A stretch of 64,000 bases of DNA from an uncultured Collinsella sp. (GCA_900541645.1 UQKQ01000001.1:113741-177740); one strand, 5' to 3'; counted from the first letter of the stretch, positions 36,133-47,191 are shown. Numbers and translations are program-made. The notes: generated from the sequence alone by a model not told the origin.

Positions 36133-37176
36133 ATGGAAAAGCTCGATGTTGTGAATGCGGCGCTTGCCGCCCTGCGTGCTGGCGAGACGTGCGAGCTCGT
36201 GGTCGTGGCCGGTACGGCGGGGTCATCACCACGCGGCGTGGGCGCCTGGATGGCCGTCTTTGCCGATGGCAGCCAAGCGGGCACCATCGGCGGCGGCAAG
36301 ATTGAGCTTTTTGCGCTGGACGAGGCGCGCGAGCTGCTGGCCGCAGGGCAATCGCGTCTGGTCCGCTACACCATGGGCGGCGAGAACTCCGATACCGGCA
36401 TGATCTGCGGCGGAGCCATCTGCCTGTGCTACCTGCATTTGGATGCGACTCAGGCACCGTTGTTCCAGTCGGTTGCCGACGTCTTGGCCTATCGGCGCAT
36501 CGGCGACTTCGTCATCGACTTTGAGCCGTTTATCGCGAGCGCGCTCGAGGGCGATGTGGTTGAGTACCATGGCGAGACATCGCGCCATACCATTGCCGGC
36601 TGCCCCGAGCTTTCGCTGGTGGAGGAGGGGAGTAAGGTCACCTACACCAACGCCGCCTCCGAGATTCCCCCGGCGCACATCGAGACGCTCTGCCCCGAGG
36701 GCCTGACCTATATCTTTGGCTGCGGCCACGTGGGCGCTGCGACGGCGCGGGTGCTCACGGCGGCGGGCTTTGCCGTCGTGGCTTGCGACGACCGCCCCGG
36801 CACGCTGACCCCCGAATGGGTGCCCGGCGTCTACGACCGTCGTCTGGTCGATTATAAGAACCTGAGCGAGCTGTGTCCCATCGGCCCGCGCGACTTGGTG
36901 GTCGTCGCCACGGCGGGTCACAAGTCCGATATCGACGTGGTGATTCAGGCCATGCGCGCTAAACCCGCCTATCTGGGCTGCCTGGGTTCGCGCCGCAAGA
37001 CCGCCTTTGTGCGCGCCCGCCTGGAGCAGGAGGGCTTCACGCAGGGCCAGATCGACGAGCTGCACCTGCCGATCGGTGTCGCCATCGAGGCCGAGGATCC
37101 CGAGGAGATTGCCATCTCCATCGCCGCCGAGATGATCCACCTGCGCCGCACCAAACTCGTCCCCCGCAAGCGATAG
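36133..37176 (+). CDS. xdhC: XdhC/CoxI-family molybdenum hydroxylase accessory (MoCo insertion) protein
   Basis: 347 aa. N-terminal XdhC_CoxI block and a C-terminal Rossmann-like segment (YIFGCGHVGAATARVLTAAGFAVVACDDRP). Confidence 0.8.
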   Translation: MEKLDVVNAALAALRAGETCELVVVAGTAGSSPRGVGAWMAVFADGSQAGTIGGGKIELFALDEARELLAAGQSRLVRYTMGGENSDTGMICGGAICLCYLHLDATQAPLFQSVADVLAYRRIGDFVIDFEPFIASALEGDVVEYHGETSRHTIAGCPELSLVEEGSKVTYTNAASEIPPAHIETLCPEGLTYIFGCGHVGAATARVLTAAGFAVVACDDRPGTLTPEWVPGVYDRRLVDYKNLSELCPIGPRDLVVVATAGHKSDIDVVIQAMRAKPAYLGCLGSRRKTAFVRARLEQEGFTQGQIDELHLPIGVAIEAEDPEEIAISIAAEMIHLRRTKLVPRKR

Positions 37177-37303
37177 TCGTATCCCAAATGAGCTGCCCCA
37201 GCCCTCTGCCGCATGCGGGTCAAAATGCTACCTGTGCCATATGCCCTATAATGTCCGACCGTTGAGCGGCATGGGGCCGCTGCCTAGGGTATGGGAGGCG
37301 CAA

Positions 37304-38617
37304 ATGGCAGAGTCGGCAGCAGGGGATGCCCTGTTCGAGCGTACGGGAAAAGTTTCGTTTGTGCAGGTATTACCCCATGCACTGCAGCATGTGCTGGCGG
37401 CATTCGCGGGTATCGTCACGCCCGCCATCATTATCGCGTCGGTCTGTGGCTTTACCCCTCAAGAGGAAGCCGCTGTCATCCAGGCGTCGCTCGTCCTCTC
37501 GGCGCTCGACATTTTCCTTCAACAGTTCCCCATAAAAGGTGTCGTCGGTTCGGGCCTGCCCATCGTGATGGGCGCGAGCTTCACCTTCGTGCCGGCGCTC
37601 AAGGCAGTCGGTCTTGAGCTTGGTTTTGCGGCCGTACTGGGCGCCCAGGTAATCGGCGGCGCGCTCGTCGCGCTCTTCGGCCTACTGTTTAGGCGCGTGA
37701 GTTTTCTGTTTCCGGCCCCGGTGCTTGGCACCGTCATCTTTGTCATTGGCCTGTCGCTATGCCCAGTGGCAGTTGCCTCCATGGCGGGCGGGGAGGGCGC
37801 GGCCGATTTTGGCAGTGTCACCAACTGGGCCGTCGCGCTCGTGATGTTTGTCGTCACCTTTGTGGCCGGTAACTACGGCAAGGGCGCGCTTAGGCTAGGC
37901 AGCATCCTGGCCGGTATCTGCGCGGGCTTTGTTTTGGCGGCGGTGCTGGGCATGGTCGACTTCTCGGCTGTCGCGACCGCAAGCTGGTTTGCCCCGCCGG
38001 CGCTTGGCGCCCATCGCCTGGTGTTTGACCCGGCGGCGTGTGCCGTGGTGGGCGTTGTGGCCATTGTTAACGCCGTGCAGGTTATGGGCGAGTTTGCCGC
38101 TGTGTCCTCCGCCGCGCTCGATACCCCTGCGACCGATAGCCAGATCTCGGGTGGCCTGATCGCCAACGGCCTGGTCGGTATGCTGTCGGGCTTTTTGGGC
38201 GGCGTCCCCACGGCAACCTTTGGCCAGAATGTGGGCATTATCGCCGAGAACAAGGTCGTCAACCGCATGGTCTTTACGCTTGCCGCCGTCATCTTGCTCA
38301 TCGCGGGCCTGCTGCCCAAGTGTGCGGCGGTACTCACGTCCATTCCGCAGCCGGTCATCGGTGGCGCCACGATCGGCGTGTTCGCGACCATCGGCATGAA
38401 CGGTGTGGTCATGTTTGCCCGCCACGGCTTGTCTCAGCGCGATACCACGCTCATGGGTCTCTCTATCGCCTTTGGCACGGGCATTGAGCGCACGGCCGGC
38501 GCGCTTGCCGGCGCTGGATTCCCCGCATGGGTTGGCACCGTCTTTGGCGGATCCTCCATTGCCGTCGCCGCGCTCGTTGCTGTGATTCTCAACCTGGTCC
38601 TCCCGCGCCAAAAATAA
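37304..38617 (+). CDS. NCS2-family nucleobase permease (second copy)
   Basis: 437 aa; paralog of 11526–12920 (QHVLAAFAGIVTPA, QNVGIIAENKV). RBS GGGAGG. Confidence 0.85.
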   Translation: MAESAAGDALFERTGKVSFVQVLPHALQHVLAAFAGIVTPAIIIASVCGFTPQEEAAVIQASLVLSALDIFLQQFPIKGVVGSGLPIVMGASFTFVPALKAVGLELGFAAVLGAQVIGGALVALFGLLFRRVSFLFPAPVLGTVIFVIGLSLCPVAVASMAGGEGAADFGSVTNWAVALVMFVVTFVAGNYGKGALRLGSILAGICAGFVLAAVLGMVDFSAVATASWFAPPALGAHRLVFDPAACAVVGVVAIVNAVQVMGEFAAVSSAALDTPATDSQISGGLIANGLVGMLSGFLGGVPTATFGQNVGIIAENKVVNRMVFTLAAVILLIAGLLPKCAAVLTSIPQPVIGGATIGVFATIGMNGVVMFARHGLSQRDTTLMGLSIAFGTGIERTAGALAGAGFPAWVGTVFGGSSIAVAALVAVILNLVLPRQK

Positions 38618-38631
38618 CGCCCCATATATGA

Positions 38632-38706
38632 GTTGCGGTGGAATAGGGACTGTTTAAGCCTTTTAAGCCATCAAACAGTCCCTATCTCACCGCAACTGCT
38701 GTTTTC
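38632..38706 (+). terminator. Long imperfect hairpin terminator (GTTGCGGTG…ATAGGGACTGTTT / AAACAGTCCCTAT…CACCGCAAC) plus TGCTGTTTTCC
   Basis: Symmetry read directly; it separates the permease from the ribosomal operon. Confidence 0.55.
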
Positions 38707-38938
38707 CTCCGTGCCCTAGGGATCAATTTGTGCGGGGGAGTTGTGGAGTTGTGCAGGCAGACGAGGTTTTTCTGGAAATACGCTCCCGATGCGCGTATAG
38801 TACCGATTGTTTTGTCGGCTCCTGCTGCGTCGAGTCCAAACCGCGAAATGCCATGAGCGGCGCGGATGCAGTCAGGAGGCACGAGGACAACCCATCGTGG
38901 CCACGCCCCGTGCTTAAAACCCCAAGAAGGAGTGAACA

Positions 38939-39496
38939 ATGGCAGAAGAGAAGTATGTGCCGCGTCTGAAGACCAAGTACAACAACGAGGTCAAGCAGCA
39001 GCTTCAGGACAAGTTCCAGTACGAGAACGTCATGATGATCCCCAAGTTTGAGAAGATCGTCGTGAACATGGGTGTCGGCGAGGCCGCTACCGATTCCAAG
39101 GCCATCGACGGTGCCGTGCGCGACCTGCGCGCCATCACCGGCCAGCAGCCGATGATCACCCGTGCCCGCAAGTCCATCGCTACCTTCCGCCTGCGCGCTG
39201 GTATGCCGATCGGCTGCAAGGTTACCCTGCGTGGCGACCGTATGTGGGAGTTCTTCGATCGTCTGACCTCCGTCGCGATTCCCCGTATCCGCGACTTCCG
39301 CGGCATCTCCGCCAAGAGCTTCGACGGCCGTGGTAACTTCTCCATGGGCGTCACCGAGCAGCTCATCTTCCCCGAGATCGACTTCGACTCTGTCGATCAC
39401 CAGCGTGGTATGGACATCACTTTCGTGACCACCGCCAATACCGATGAGGAGGCCAAGGCCCTTCTGGACGCCTTCGGTTTCCCGTTCAAGAAATAG
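38939..39496 (+). CDS. rplE: 50S ribosomal protein L5
   Basis: 185 aa; canonical L5 sequence; AAGGAG RBS. Confidence 0.95.
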   Translation: MAEEKYVPRLKTKYNNEVKQQLQDKFQYENVMMIPKFEKIVVNMGVGEAATDSKAIDGAVRDLRAITGQQPMITRARKSIATFRLRAGMPIGCKVTLRGDRMWEFFDRLTSVAIPRIRDFRGISAKSFDGRGNFSMGVTEQLIFPEIDFDSVDHQRGMDITFVTTANTDEEAKALLDAFGFPFKK

Positions 39497-39575
39497 GTTC
39501 ACCTGCCCTATGAGCGCCGTTCCCAGAAGGGGGCGGCGCTTGGGGCGAACAATACTCTATGTGAGGAGGATATAA

Positions 39576-39761
39576 GTGGCTAAGACATCGATGATCGTCA
39601 AGTGCAATCGCAAGCAGAAGTTCTCTACTCGTGAGTACACGCGCTGCCAGCGCTGCGGCCGTCCGCACTCTGTGTACCGCAAGTTCGGCCTGTGCCGTGT
39701 CTGCTTCCGCGAGCTTGCACTCAAGGGCGAGCTTCCCGGCGTTAAGAAGGCCAGCTGGTAA
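39576..39761 (+). CDS. rpsZ: 30S ribosomal protein S14 type Z (zinc-binding, CxxC…CxxC)
   Basis: 61 aa; GTG start with GAGGAGGA RBS; [20 protein letters not shown]. Confidence 0.93.
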   Translation: MAKTSMIVKCNRKQKFSTREYTRCQRCGRPHSVYRKFGLCRVCFRELALKGELPGVKKASW

Positions 39762-39880
39762 GTCACTACCAGCGTTTCAAGCATCCGTTTGGAACAGGGA
39801 AAACGCGCTAGTTAGGCTTTGCCGTTAAGGGCGGCGAAGAACCAAGAGCACGTGTTCATCAAGAACGAAGGAGAATCTGT

Positions 39881-40279
39881 ATGAACCTTACAGACCCGAT
39901 CGCAGATATGCTTACGCGCATCCGTAACGCTAACTCTGTGAACAAGGCCACGGTCTCCATGCCGAGCAGCAAGAAGCTCGTCGAGATCGCTCGTGTTCTG
40001 CACGAGGAGGGCTACATCGAGGGCTACGATGTCGAGGACACCGTTCCCCAGAAGACTCTGCACATCACGCTTAAGTATGGTCCCAAGAAGGCTAAGGTCA
40101 TCAACGGCATCCGCCGCATTTCCAAGCCGGGCCTGCGTAAGTACACCGGCGTTGCCGACATGCCCCGCGTCCGCGGTGGCCTTGGTACCGCCATTATTTC
40201 CACCAGCCATGGCGTCATGACCGACCGCGATGCTCGCAAGCACAACGTCGGCGGCGAGATCATCGCTTACGTCTGGTAA
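39881..40279 (+). CDS. rpsH: 30S ribosomal protein S8
   Basis: 132 aa canonical S8. Confidence 0.95.
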   Translation: MNLTDPIADMLTRIRNANSVNKATVSMPSSKKLVEIARVLHEEGYIEGYDVEDTVPQKTLHITLKYGPKKAKVINGIRRISKPGLRKYTGVADMPRVRGGLGTAIISTSHGVMTDRDARKHNVGGEIIAYVW

Positions 40280-40312
40280 TTCGCTCGGTAGGTAGAAGGA
40301 AAGGAGATCACC

Positions 40313-40849
40313 GTGTCTCGTATCGGTAATAAGCCTGTCCAGATTCCCGCCGGAGTCGAAGTGGCAGTCAACGGCAACAACGTTGTCGTCAAGGGCCCCA
40401 AGGGCCAGCTCGAGCTCGATGTCTTTGAGAAGCTCGCTATCAACGTCGAGGACAACGTCCTCACCGTTTCCCGTCCCGACGACGAGCGTGAGACCCGTGC
40501 CCGCCACGGCCTCACCCGCGCCCTCATCCACAACATGGTTGTTGGCGTTTCCGAGGGCTTCGAGAAGAAGCTCGAGCTCGCCGGCGTCGGTTACCGCGTG
40601 CAGCAGAAGGGCAAGAACCTCGAGTTCTCCCTGGGCTTCTCGCACCCCGTGATCGTCGAGGCTCCCGAGGGCATCACCTTCGAGGTTCCCGACAACACCC
40701 ACGTGAACGTCAAGGGTATCAACAAGCAGCAGGTCGGTCAGATCGCCGCTGAGATTCGCGGCCATCGTCCTCCCGAGCCTTACAAGGGCAAGGGTATCCA
40801 CTATGTCGGCGAGCACATCCGCCGCAAGCTGGGTAAGGCCGCCAAGTAG
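40313..40849 (+). CDS. rplF: 50S ribosomal protein L6
   Basis: 178 aa; GTG start. Confidence 0.95.
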   Translation: MSRIGNKPVQIPAGVEVAVNGNNVVVKGPKGQLELDVFEKLAINVEDNVLTVSRPDDERETRARHGLTRALIHNMVVGVSEGFEKKLELAGVGYRVQQKGKNLEFSLGFSHPVIVEAPEGITFEVPDNTHVNVKGINKQQVGQIAAEIRGHRPPEPYKGKGIHYVGEHIRRKLGKAAK

Positions 40850-40924
40850 TCGTAACCGACTTACTCGCATAAGACCAGCACCCCGTTAGGTGCTGGCAAG
40901 ATCAACCTTTTTAGGAGTTTACGT

Positions 40925-41293
40925 ATGAACAAGCATAAGGCGAAGCTGGAAGGCCTCAAGCGTCGTCAGCGTCGTGTTCGCGGCAAGGTCTCGGGTACCG
41001 CCGAGCGTCCGCGTCTTCGCGTGACCCGTACTAACGCCAACATCTATGCCCAGATCATCGACGACAGCAAGGGCTCCAGCCTGACGCTCGTCTCCGCCTC
41101 GACCCTCGAGGCCGAGTTCAAGGGCACCCACACCTCGAACAAGGAGGCTGCGGAGAAGGTCGGTCAGCTCGTTGGCAAGCGTGCCATCGAGGCCGGCATC
41201 ACCAAGGTCGCTTTCGATCGTGGTGGCCGTATCTACCATGGCCGCGTCAAGGCCCTCGCCGACGGTGCTCGTGCCGCCGGTCTCGAGTTCTAG
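40925..41293 (+). CDS. rplR: 50S ribosomal protein L18
   Basis: 122 aa canonical L18. Confidence 0.95.
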   Translation: MNKHKAKLEGLKRRQRRVRGKVSGTAERPRLRVTRTNANIYAQIIDDSKGSSLTLVSASTLEAEFKGTHTSNKEAAEKVGQLVGKRAIEAGITKVAFDRGGRIYHGRVKALADGARAAGLEF

Positions 41294-41307
41294 GAGGTAT
41301 GTAGCAC

Positions 41308-41832
41308 ATGGCTCGTAATCAGAAGCAGCAGCGCGAGGCCTCCGAGTTCGAGGAGCGCGTCGTTTACATCAACCGCGTGTCGAAGACCGTCAAGGGTGGT
41401 CGTCGCATGAGCCTCGTCGCTCTCGTCGTCGTTGGCGACGGCAAGGGCAACGTCGGCGTTGGCATGGGCAAGTCCGCTGAGGTGCCCATGGCCATCTCCA
41501 AGGCATCTCTCGATGCCAAGAAGAACATGTTCCACGTGCCGGTGACCGAGCAGGGCACCATCCCGCACGAGGTTCTCGGCCACTTTGGTGCCGGCCGCAT
41601 CATCATCAAGCCCGCTGTCGAGGGTACCGGCGTTATCGCCGGCGGCGCTGTGCGTCCCCTCTTTGAGCTTGCTGGCATCAAGAACGTCCTGTCCAAGTCC
41701 CTCGGTACCGACAACGGCCTCAACATCATCAAGGCTGCCGTCGAGGGCCTCAAGGAGCTCTCCAGCCCTGAGGACGTCGCGGCTCGCCGTGGCCTGACGG
41801 TCTCCGAGATGTTCGTCGGTAAGGAGAACTAA
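41308..41832 (+). CDS. rpsE: 30S ribosomal protein S5
   Basis: 174 aa canonical S5. Confidence 0.95.
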   Translation: MARNQKQQREASEFEERVVYINRVSKTVKGGRRMSLVALVVVGDGKGNVGVGMGKSAEVPMAISKASLDAKKNMFHVPVTEQGTIPHEVLGHFGAGRIIIKPAVEGTGVIAGGAVRPLFELAGIKNVLSKSLGTDNGLNIIKAAVEGLKELSSPEDVAARRGLTVSEMFVGKEN

Positions 41833-41834
41833 GC

Positions 41835-42017
41835 ATGGCTGACACCATCAAGATCAAGCAGGTCCGCAGCACCAACGGTTGCAAGCAGGACCAGGTCCGT
41901 ACTGTCCGTGCCCTCGGTCTCCACAGGATCCGCGAGGTTCGCGAGATTGCTGACAACGAGTCCGTCCGTGGCATGATCTTCAAGGTCAAGCACCTTGTCG
42001 AGATTGTAGAGGAGTAG
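41835..42017 (+). CDS. rpmD: 50S ribosomal protein L30
   Basis: 60 aa. Confidence 0.9.
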   Translation: MADTIKIKQVRSTNGCKQDQVRTVRALGLHRIREVREIADNESVRGMIFKVKHLVEIVEE

Positions 42018-42020
42018 CAA

Positions 42021-42470
42021 ATGCAGCTTCACGATCTTACTCCCGCGCCCGGTTCCACCAAGAACCGTAAGCGCGTCGGCCGTGGCAATTCTTCGGGTCA
42101 CGGCACCACTTCTGGCCGCGGCCAGAAGGGCCAGGGTTCCCGCTCTGGCGGCACCAAGGGTGCCGGCTTCGAGGGTGGCCAGACTCCGCTGGCTATGCGC
42201 CTGCCCAAGCTTCCGGGCTTCCGTAACCCCCGTCGTATCGAGTACACCGCTGTTAACGTTGAGCGTCTCGAGCGTAAGTTCGAGGACGGCGCTGTGATCG
42301 ACGGTGCCGCTCTTAAGGCCGCTCGCATCACCAAGAGCGAGTTCGAGCCCGTCAAGGTGCTCGGCAATGGTGAGCTCACCAAGAAGTTCACGGTCAAGGT
42401 CGACAAGGTCAGCGCTTCTGCGCAGGCCAAGATCGAGGCCGCCGGCGGAAAGGTCGAGCTGCCGTGCTAA
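42021..42470 (+). CDS. rplO: 50S ribosomal protein L15
   Basis: 149 aa; Gly-rich N-terminal region. Confidence 0.95.
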   Translation: MQLHDLTPAPGSTKNRKRVGRGNSSGHGTTSGRGQKGQGSRSGGTKGAGFEGGQTPLAMRLPKLPGFRNPRRIEYTAVNVERLERKFEDGAVIDGAALKAARITKSEFEPVKVLGNGELTKKFTVKVDKVSASAQAKIEAAGGKVELPC

Positions 42471-43750
42471 ATGGTCTTAAGAATGCTTTCCGCATCAAAG
42501 AATTGCGCGAAAAGATTCTTTTTACCATAGCTATGCTCGTCGTGTACCGCATTGGTGCGCACGTTCCTGTGCCCGGCATTCCCTTCCAGGGGATGCTGGG
42601 CCTTTTCTCGACCGATAACAATTCGGTCGCCGCAGGTGCTATGGCCCTCCTGAATCTTTTCTCTGGCGGCGCTTTGAGCTATGTGTCGGTGTTTTCGCTG
42701 GGCATCATGCCTTACATCACCAGCTCGATCATCCTCCAGATGCTCCAGGCCGTCGTGCCTTCCCTGCATGAGCTTGCCCGCGAGGGCGAGGTCGGTCAGA
42801 CCAAGATTACGCAGTATTCGCGTTACCTCACCCTGGCTCTGGCAATCCTCAACTCCGTGGGTTACCTCTTCCTCTTTAAGAGCTTCGGCATCAGCTTTAA
42901 TGGCGCCGGCGCTCCCGAGATCATCTTCGACCTCATGATCGTCGGTACGCTCACTGCGGGCGCCATGCTGATCATGTGGATTGGTGAGCTCATCACCCAG
43001 CGCGGTATCGGCAATGGCATGTCGCTGATCATCTTCGCGAACATCATGGCCGGTCTGCCGCAGGCTATCTTCTCCAGCACTGAGGGCAACGCCGGTGGCA
43101 TCATCACCATGGTGATCATCTGCGCCATCATCCTGCTGGTTATCCCGCTGATTGTTTTCCTTGAGCGCGGCCAGCGCCGCATCCCGGTCTCCTACGCCAA
43201 ACGCGTCGTGGGCCGTCGTATGATGGGTGGCCAGACCACCTACCTGCCCATCAAGGTCAACACCGCGGGTGTCGTGCCGATCATCTTCGCTTCGGCGCTG
43301 CTGTACTTCCCGGCTCAGATTGCCGTGTTCTTCCCCGGCATCGGCTGGATCCAGGCAGTTGCCTCCGCGCTTTCGACCGGTTGGCTCAACTGGGTGCTTA
43401 ACGTTGTCCTCATCGTGTTCTTCGCGTACTTCTACACCTCCATGGTGTTCAACCCCGATGACACGGCCGACAACCTTAAGAAGCAGGGCGGCTTTATTCC
43501 GGGCGTGCGTCCGGGTAGGGCTACCGCGGCCTACATCAAGAACGCGCTCAACAAGATTACGCTTCCCAGCGCTGTCTTTTTGGCGCTCATCGCCATCGTG
43601 CCTTCGATCATCTTCTCCTTCACGGGTAACCAGCTGATCCAGGCGTTTGGCGGCACGTCCATCCTCATCATGGTCGGCGTCGTGCTCGACACGGTCGATA
43701 AGCTCGAAGGCCAGATCAAGATGTATGATTACGATGGATTCTTTAAATAG
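42464..43750 (+). CDS. secY: Preprotein translocase subunit SecY
   Basis: 428 aa, 10 TM segments; GTG start overlapping the rplO stop. Confidence 0.95.
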   Translation: MLNGLKNAFRIKELREKILFTIAMLVVYRIGAHVPVPGIPFQGMLGLFSTDNNSVAAGAMALLNLFSGGALSYVSVFSLGIMPYITSSIILQMLQAVVPSLHELAREGEVGQTKITQYSRYLTLALAILNSVGYLFLFKSFGISFNGAGAPEIIFDLMIVGTLTAGAMLIMWIGELITQRGIGNGMSLIIFANIMAGLPQAIFSSTEGNAGGIITMVIICAIILLVIPLIVFLERGQRRIPVSYAKRVVGRRMMGGQTTYLPIKVNTAGVVPIIFASALLYFPAQIAVFFPGIGWIQAVASALSTGWLNWVLNVVLIVFFAYFYTSMVFNPDDTADNLKKQGGFIPGVRPGRATAAYIKNALNKITLPSAVFLALIAIVPSIIFSFTGNQLIQAFGGTSILIMVGVVLDTVDKLEGQIKMYDYDGFFK

Positions 43751-43768
43751 GCTAGAGGAGGATTGCTC

Positions 43769-44395
43769 ATGAACCTCGTATTGCTCGGAGCTCCGGGTGC
43801 CGGTAAGGGCACCGTCGCACAGGAGCTCGTCGCCGAGTTTGGCGTCGCTCACATTTCCACGGGCGACCTGCTGCGTGCTGCTGTCAAGGGTGGCACCGAG
43901 CTTGGTATTCAGGCTAAGAAGTACATGGACGCTGGCGAGCTCGTTCCCGACCAGCTCGTAATCGACCTTGTCAAGGAGCGCCTTGCCGCCGATGACGCCC
44001 AGCAGGGCTTCATCCTCGACGGCTTCCCGCGCAACACCGCCCAGGCTGTGACGCTCGATTCCGAGCTCTCCGCTATGGGTCGCGAGATCGACTGCGCTCT
44101 TCTGGTCGATGTGGCCCCCGAGGTCATCATCGATCGTCTGTCTTCGCGTCGCACCTGCCGCGCCTGCGGTTACACCGGCACCGCTGCCGATGCCACCTGC
44201 CCCAAGTGCGGCGGCGAGATGTATCAGCGCGACGACGACAAGCCCGAGACCATCAAGAATCGTCTCGACGTCTACGAGAAGTCCACGAGCCCGCTCGTCG
44301 ACTACTATCGTGGCCAGGGTCTGCTCAAGTCGGTCAACGGTGACCAGGCTCGCGAGACCGTGTACGGGGATGTCAAAGAGGCTCTCGGTCTATGA
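43769..44395 (+). CDS. adk: Adenylate kinase (with Zn-ribbon lid CxxC…CxxC)
   Basis: ATG preceded by GAGGAGGA (the track start at 43763 is a TTG). Has GAPGAGKGT and a lid CRACG…CPKCG. Confidence 0.93.
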   Translation: MNLVLLGAPGAGKGTVAQELVAEFGVAHISTGDLLRAAVKGGTELGIQAKKYMDAGELVPDQLVIDLVKERLAADDAQQGFILDGFPRNTAQAVTLDSELSAMGREIDCALLVDVAPEVIIDRLSSRRTCRACGYTGTAADATCPKCGGEMYQRDDDKPETIKNRLDVYEKSTSPLVDYYRGQGLLKSVNGDQARETVYGDVKEALGL

Positions 44396-45180
44396 TCAAG
44401 ATTAAGTCTGCAACGCAAATTGAGCAGATGAAGAAGGCAGGAGCGCTATCTAAGATGGCGCTCCGCCACGTTGGAGCCATGGTTCGCCCCGGCGTGTCGA
44501 CCTTCGAGCTCGACCAGCTTGCCGAGCAGATTATCCGCATGCATGGCGGCACCCCTGCCTTTAAGGGTTACGGCGGGTTCCCCGGAACCATTTGCGCATC
44601 AATAAACGATGCCGTGGTCCACGGTATTCCCAACCCCGATATGATCCTGCGCGATGGCGATATCATCTCCATCGATACGGGAGCTGTCGTCGACGGTTGG
44701 GTCGGCGATAACGCTTGGACGTTTTTCGTCGGCACGCCCACGCCCGAGGCCAAGGCCCTGTGCGAGGTTACGCGCGATTGCCTAAAGGCTGCCATCGAGC
44801 AGGCTGTTCCCGGTAACCATATCGGGGACGTCGGGTATGCTGTTCAGTCCCTCGCCGAGTCTCACGGTTACGGCGTGCTTCGCGATTACGTGGGCCATGG
44901 CATTGGCCGCGTGATGCACGAGGACCCCAACGTTCCTAACTATGGAAAGAAGGGGAGGGGCGTTCGCCTCCAGGCTGGAATGGTCATCGCTATCGAGCCG
45001 ATGGTAACGATGGGTTCCAATCATGTGAGCACGGGCTCCGATGGTTGGATCGTTACGACCAACGACCACCTGCCCGCCGCGCACTACGAGAACACCGTCG
45101 CCATTACCAATGACGGTCCGGTGATTCTCACCACGGATGCCCAAGGTGCTTGGTGTTCGCTCCAAGGCGGAGAAATGTAA
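44392..45180 (+). CDS. map: Type I methionine aminopeptidase
   Basis: 262 aa; ATG overlaps the adk stop. Confidence 0.93.
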   Translation: MIKIKSATQIEQMKKAGALSKMALRHVGAMVRPGVSTFELDQLAEQIIRMHGGTPAFKGYGGFPGTICASINDAVVHGIPNPDMILRDGDIISIDTGAVVDGWVGDNAWTFFVGTPTPEAKALCEVTRDCLKAAIEQAVPGNHIGDVGYAVQSLAESHGYGVLRDYVGHGIGRVMHEDPNVPNYGKKGRGVRLQAGMVIAIEPMVTMGSNHVSTGSDGWIVTTNDHLPAAHYENTVAITNDGPVILTTDAQGAWCSLQGGEM

Positions 45181-45278
45181 CAAGTTCCGCTTAGTTGTGG
45201 AGCCATTACGAAGTTATTACGATGCGTGCATACGTGTTGTAGAATACTCAATCGCTGTCGTTTTCTAGAGAAAGATGA

Positions 45279-45503
45279 TTGCTTGTGAAGAAGGAAGACG
45301 CAATTGAGCTCGAGGGTACGGTAAAGGAGCCGCTGCCCAACGCCATGTTTAAGGTTGAGCTCGAGAACGGTCATTCGGTTCTGTGCAACATTTCTGGCAA
45401 GATCCGAATGAATTACATCCGTATTCTCCCCGGTGACAGGGTTGTCGTGGAGCTTTCCCCGTACGACCTGACCCGTGGCCGCATCACCTATCGCTACAAA
45501 TAG
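45279..45503 (+). CDS. infA: Translation initiation factor IF-1
   Basis: Aligns with E. coli IF-1 (KEDNIEMQGTV… vs [12 protein letters not shown]…). Start is TTG at 45279 or GTG at 45285. Confidence 0.9.
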   Translation: MLVKKEDAIELEGTVKEPLPNAMFKVELENGHSVLCNISGKIRMNYIRILPGDRVVVELSPYDLTRGRITYRYK

Positions 45504-45653
45504 CGGCACGCATACACGCACTCCATTTCCGGCTGCAGGCTTAGCTCAACCTACGGTCGGATTGTGTGTGAAGACCAGCCATAGTTTTAAACGCCTGCGG
45601 CTGGGCGAGTAGATAGTAGGGAAGTAGTTTGAGCGCTACCGAAAGGAAGAACG

Positions 45654-45767
45654 ATGAAGGTACGTCCTTCGGTCAAGAAGATGTGCGATAAGTGCAAAAT
45701 CATTAGGCGCCATGGCAAGGTACTCGTCATTTGCGAGAACCCCCGTCATAAGCAGCGTCAGGGTTAA
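45654..45767 (+). CDS. rpmJ: 50S ribosomal protein L36 (zinc-ribbon type)
   Basis: 37 aa [37 protein letters not shown], read by eye (too short for the ORF track). Confidence 0.9.
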   Translation: MKVRPSVKKMCDKCKIIRRHGKVLVICENPRHKQRQG

Positions 45768-45781
45768 GAGAGGAGACTACG

Positions 45782-46156
45782 TTGGCCCGTATTAATGGTG
45801 TCGACCTCCCGCGTGAGAAGCGCGTTGAGATCGGTCTGACCTACATTTACGGCATCGGCCGCACCACTGCGACGAAGATCTGCGTCGAGTGCAACGTTAA
45901 CGTGGATACGCGCGTTAAGGACCTCACCGAGGATGAGGTTAACGCCATCCGCGATTATATCGATAAGAACCAGATCATGGTTGAGGGTGACCTCCGCCGT
46001 GAGCGCAACCAGAACGTCAAGCGCCTTATGGACATCGGCTGCAACCGCGGCCTTCGTCACCGCAAGGGCCTCCCGGTCCGCGGCCAGCGCACCCACACTA
46101 ACGCTCGTACCCGCAAGGGCCCGAAGCGTCAGATCGGTGCTAAGAAGAAGAAATAA
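45782..46156 (+). CDS. rpsM: 30S ribosomal protein S13
   Basis: 124 aa; TTG start after AGAGGAG. Confidence 0.93.
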   Translation: MARINGVDLPREKRVEIGLTYIYGIGRTTATKICVECNVNVDTRVKDLTEDEVNAIRDYIDKNQIMVEGDLRRERNQNVKRLMDIGCNRGLRHRKGLPVRGQRTHTNARTRKGPKRQIGAKKKK

Positions 46157-46170
46157 GGAGCGCTAGATAG

Positions 46171-46575
46171 ATGGCTACTGCTAAGAAGAACGTTCGCGCT
46201 GCCCGTCTGAAGCGCGCGGACCGTAAGAACATTTCCGTGGGCCAGGCTCACATTCGTTCTACGTTCAACAACACGATCGTTTCGATCACCGATCCCCAGG
46301 GCAACGTCATTTCCTGGAAGTCGGCTGGCCAGGTGGGCTTCAAGGGCTCCCGTAAGTCCACGCCGTTCGCTGCCCAGATGGCTGCCGAGGCTGCTGCCAA
46401 GCAGGCCATGGAGCACGGTATGAAGAAGGTTTCCGTCTTCGTCAAGGGCCCCGGCTCCGGTCGTGAGACCGCCATCCGCTCCCTCCAGGCTGCTGGCCTC
46501 GAGGTCTCGAGCATCCAGGACAAGACCCCCATTCCGCACAACGGCTGCCGCCCCAAGAAGCGTCGCCGCGTGTAA
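46171..46575 (+). CDS. rpsK: 30S ribosomal protein S11
   Basis: 134 aa canonical S11. Confidence 0.95.
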   Translation: MATAKKNVRAARLKRADRKNISVGQAHIRSTFNNTIVSITDPQGNVISWKSAGQVGFKGSRKSTPFAAQMAAEAAAKQAMEHGMKKVSVFVKGPGSGRETAIRSLQAAGLEVSSIQDKTPIPHNGCRPKKRRRV

Positions 46576-46594
46576 CTGAAAGGATCGTATCAAT

Positions 46595-47191
46595 ATGGCA
46601 ATCGACAGGACTCCTGTTCTTAAGCGCTGCCGTCAGCTCGGGATCGATCCCGCTGAGCTCGGTTACAGCAGCAAGAAGGAATCTATCCGTCAGCCCAAGC
46701 GCCGTCGCAAGGAATCTGAGTACGGCATGCAGCTGCGCGAGAAGCAGAAGGTCAAGTTCATCTATGGCGTTCTGGAGAAGCAGTTCCACGGCTACTTCAA
46801 CAAGGCCCGCAAGATGAACGGCGTCACCGGTGAGAACCTCATGATCATCCTTGAGTCTCGCCTTGACAACGTCGTCTTCCGTCTTGGCTTCGCCCGCACC
46901 CGCAAAGAGGCTCGTCAGTCCGTCCGTCACGGTCACTTCACCGTGAACGGCAAGCGCGTGGACATCCCGTCCTACCGCGTCAAGGCCGGCGACGTCGTCG
47001 CTGTCGGCGAGAAGTTCCGTGACCTCCTCCCCATCAAGGAGGCCCTGATTTCCTCCGAGCGCTTTGAGGTCCCTGGCTGGCTCGAGGTCGATATCGAGAA
47101 GCTGTCTGGTAACGTGCTCGCTCTGCCGACGCGTGAGCAGATCAGCGGTGATATCAACGAGCAGCTCATCGTCGAGCTCTACTCTAAGTAG
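46595..47191 (+). CDS. rpsD: 30S ribosomal protein S4
   Basis: 198 aa canonical S4. Confidence 0.95.
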   Translation: MAIDRTPVLKRCRQLGIDPAELGYSSKKESIRQPKRRRKESEYGMQLREKQKVKFIYGVLEKQFHGYFNKARKMNGVTGENLMIILESRLDNVVFRLGFARTRKEARQSVRHGHFTVNGKRVDIPSYRVKAGDVVAVGEKFRDLLPIKEALISSERFEVPGWLEVDIEKLSGNVLALPTREQISGDINEQLIVELYSK

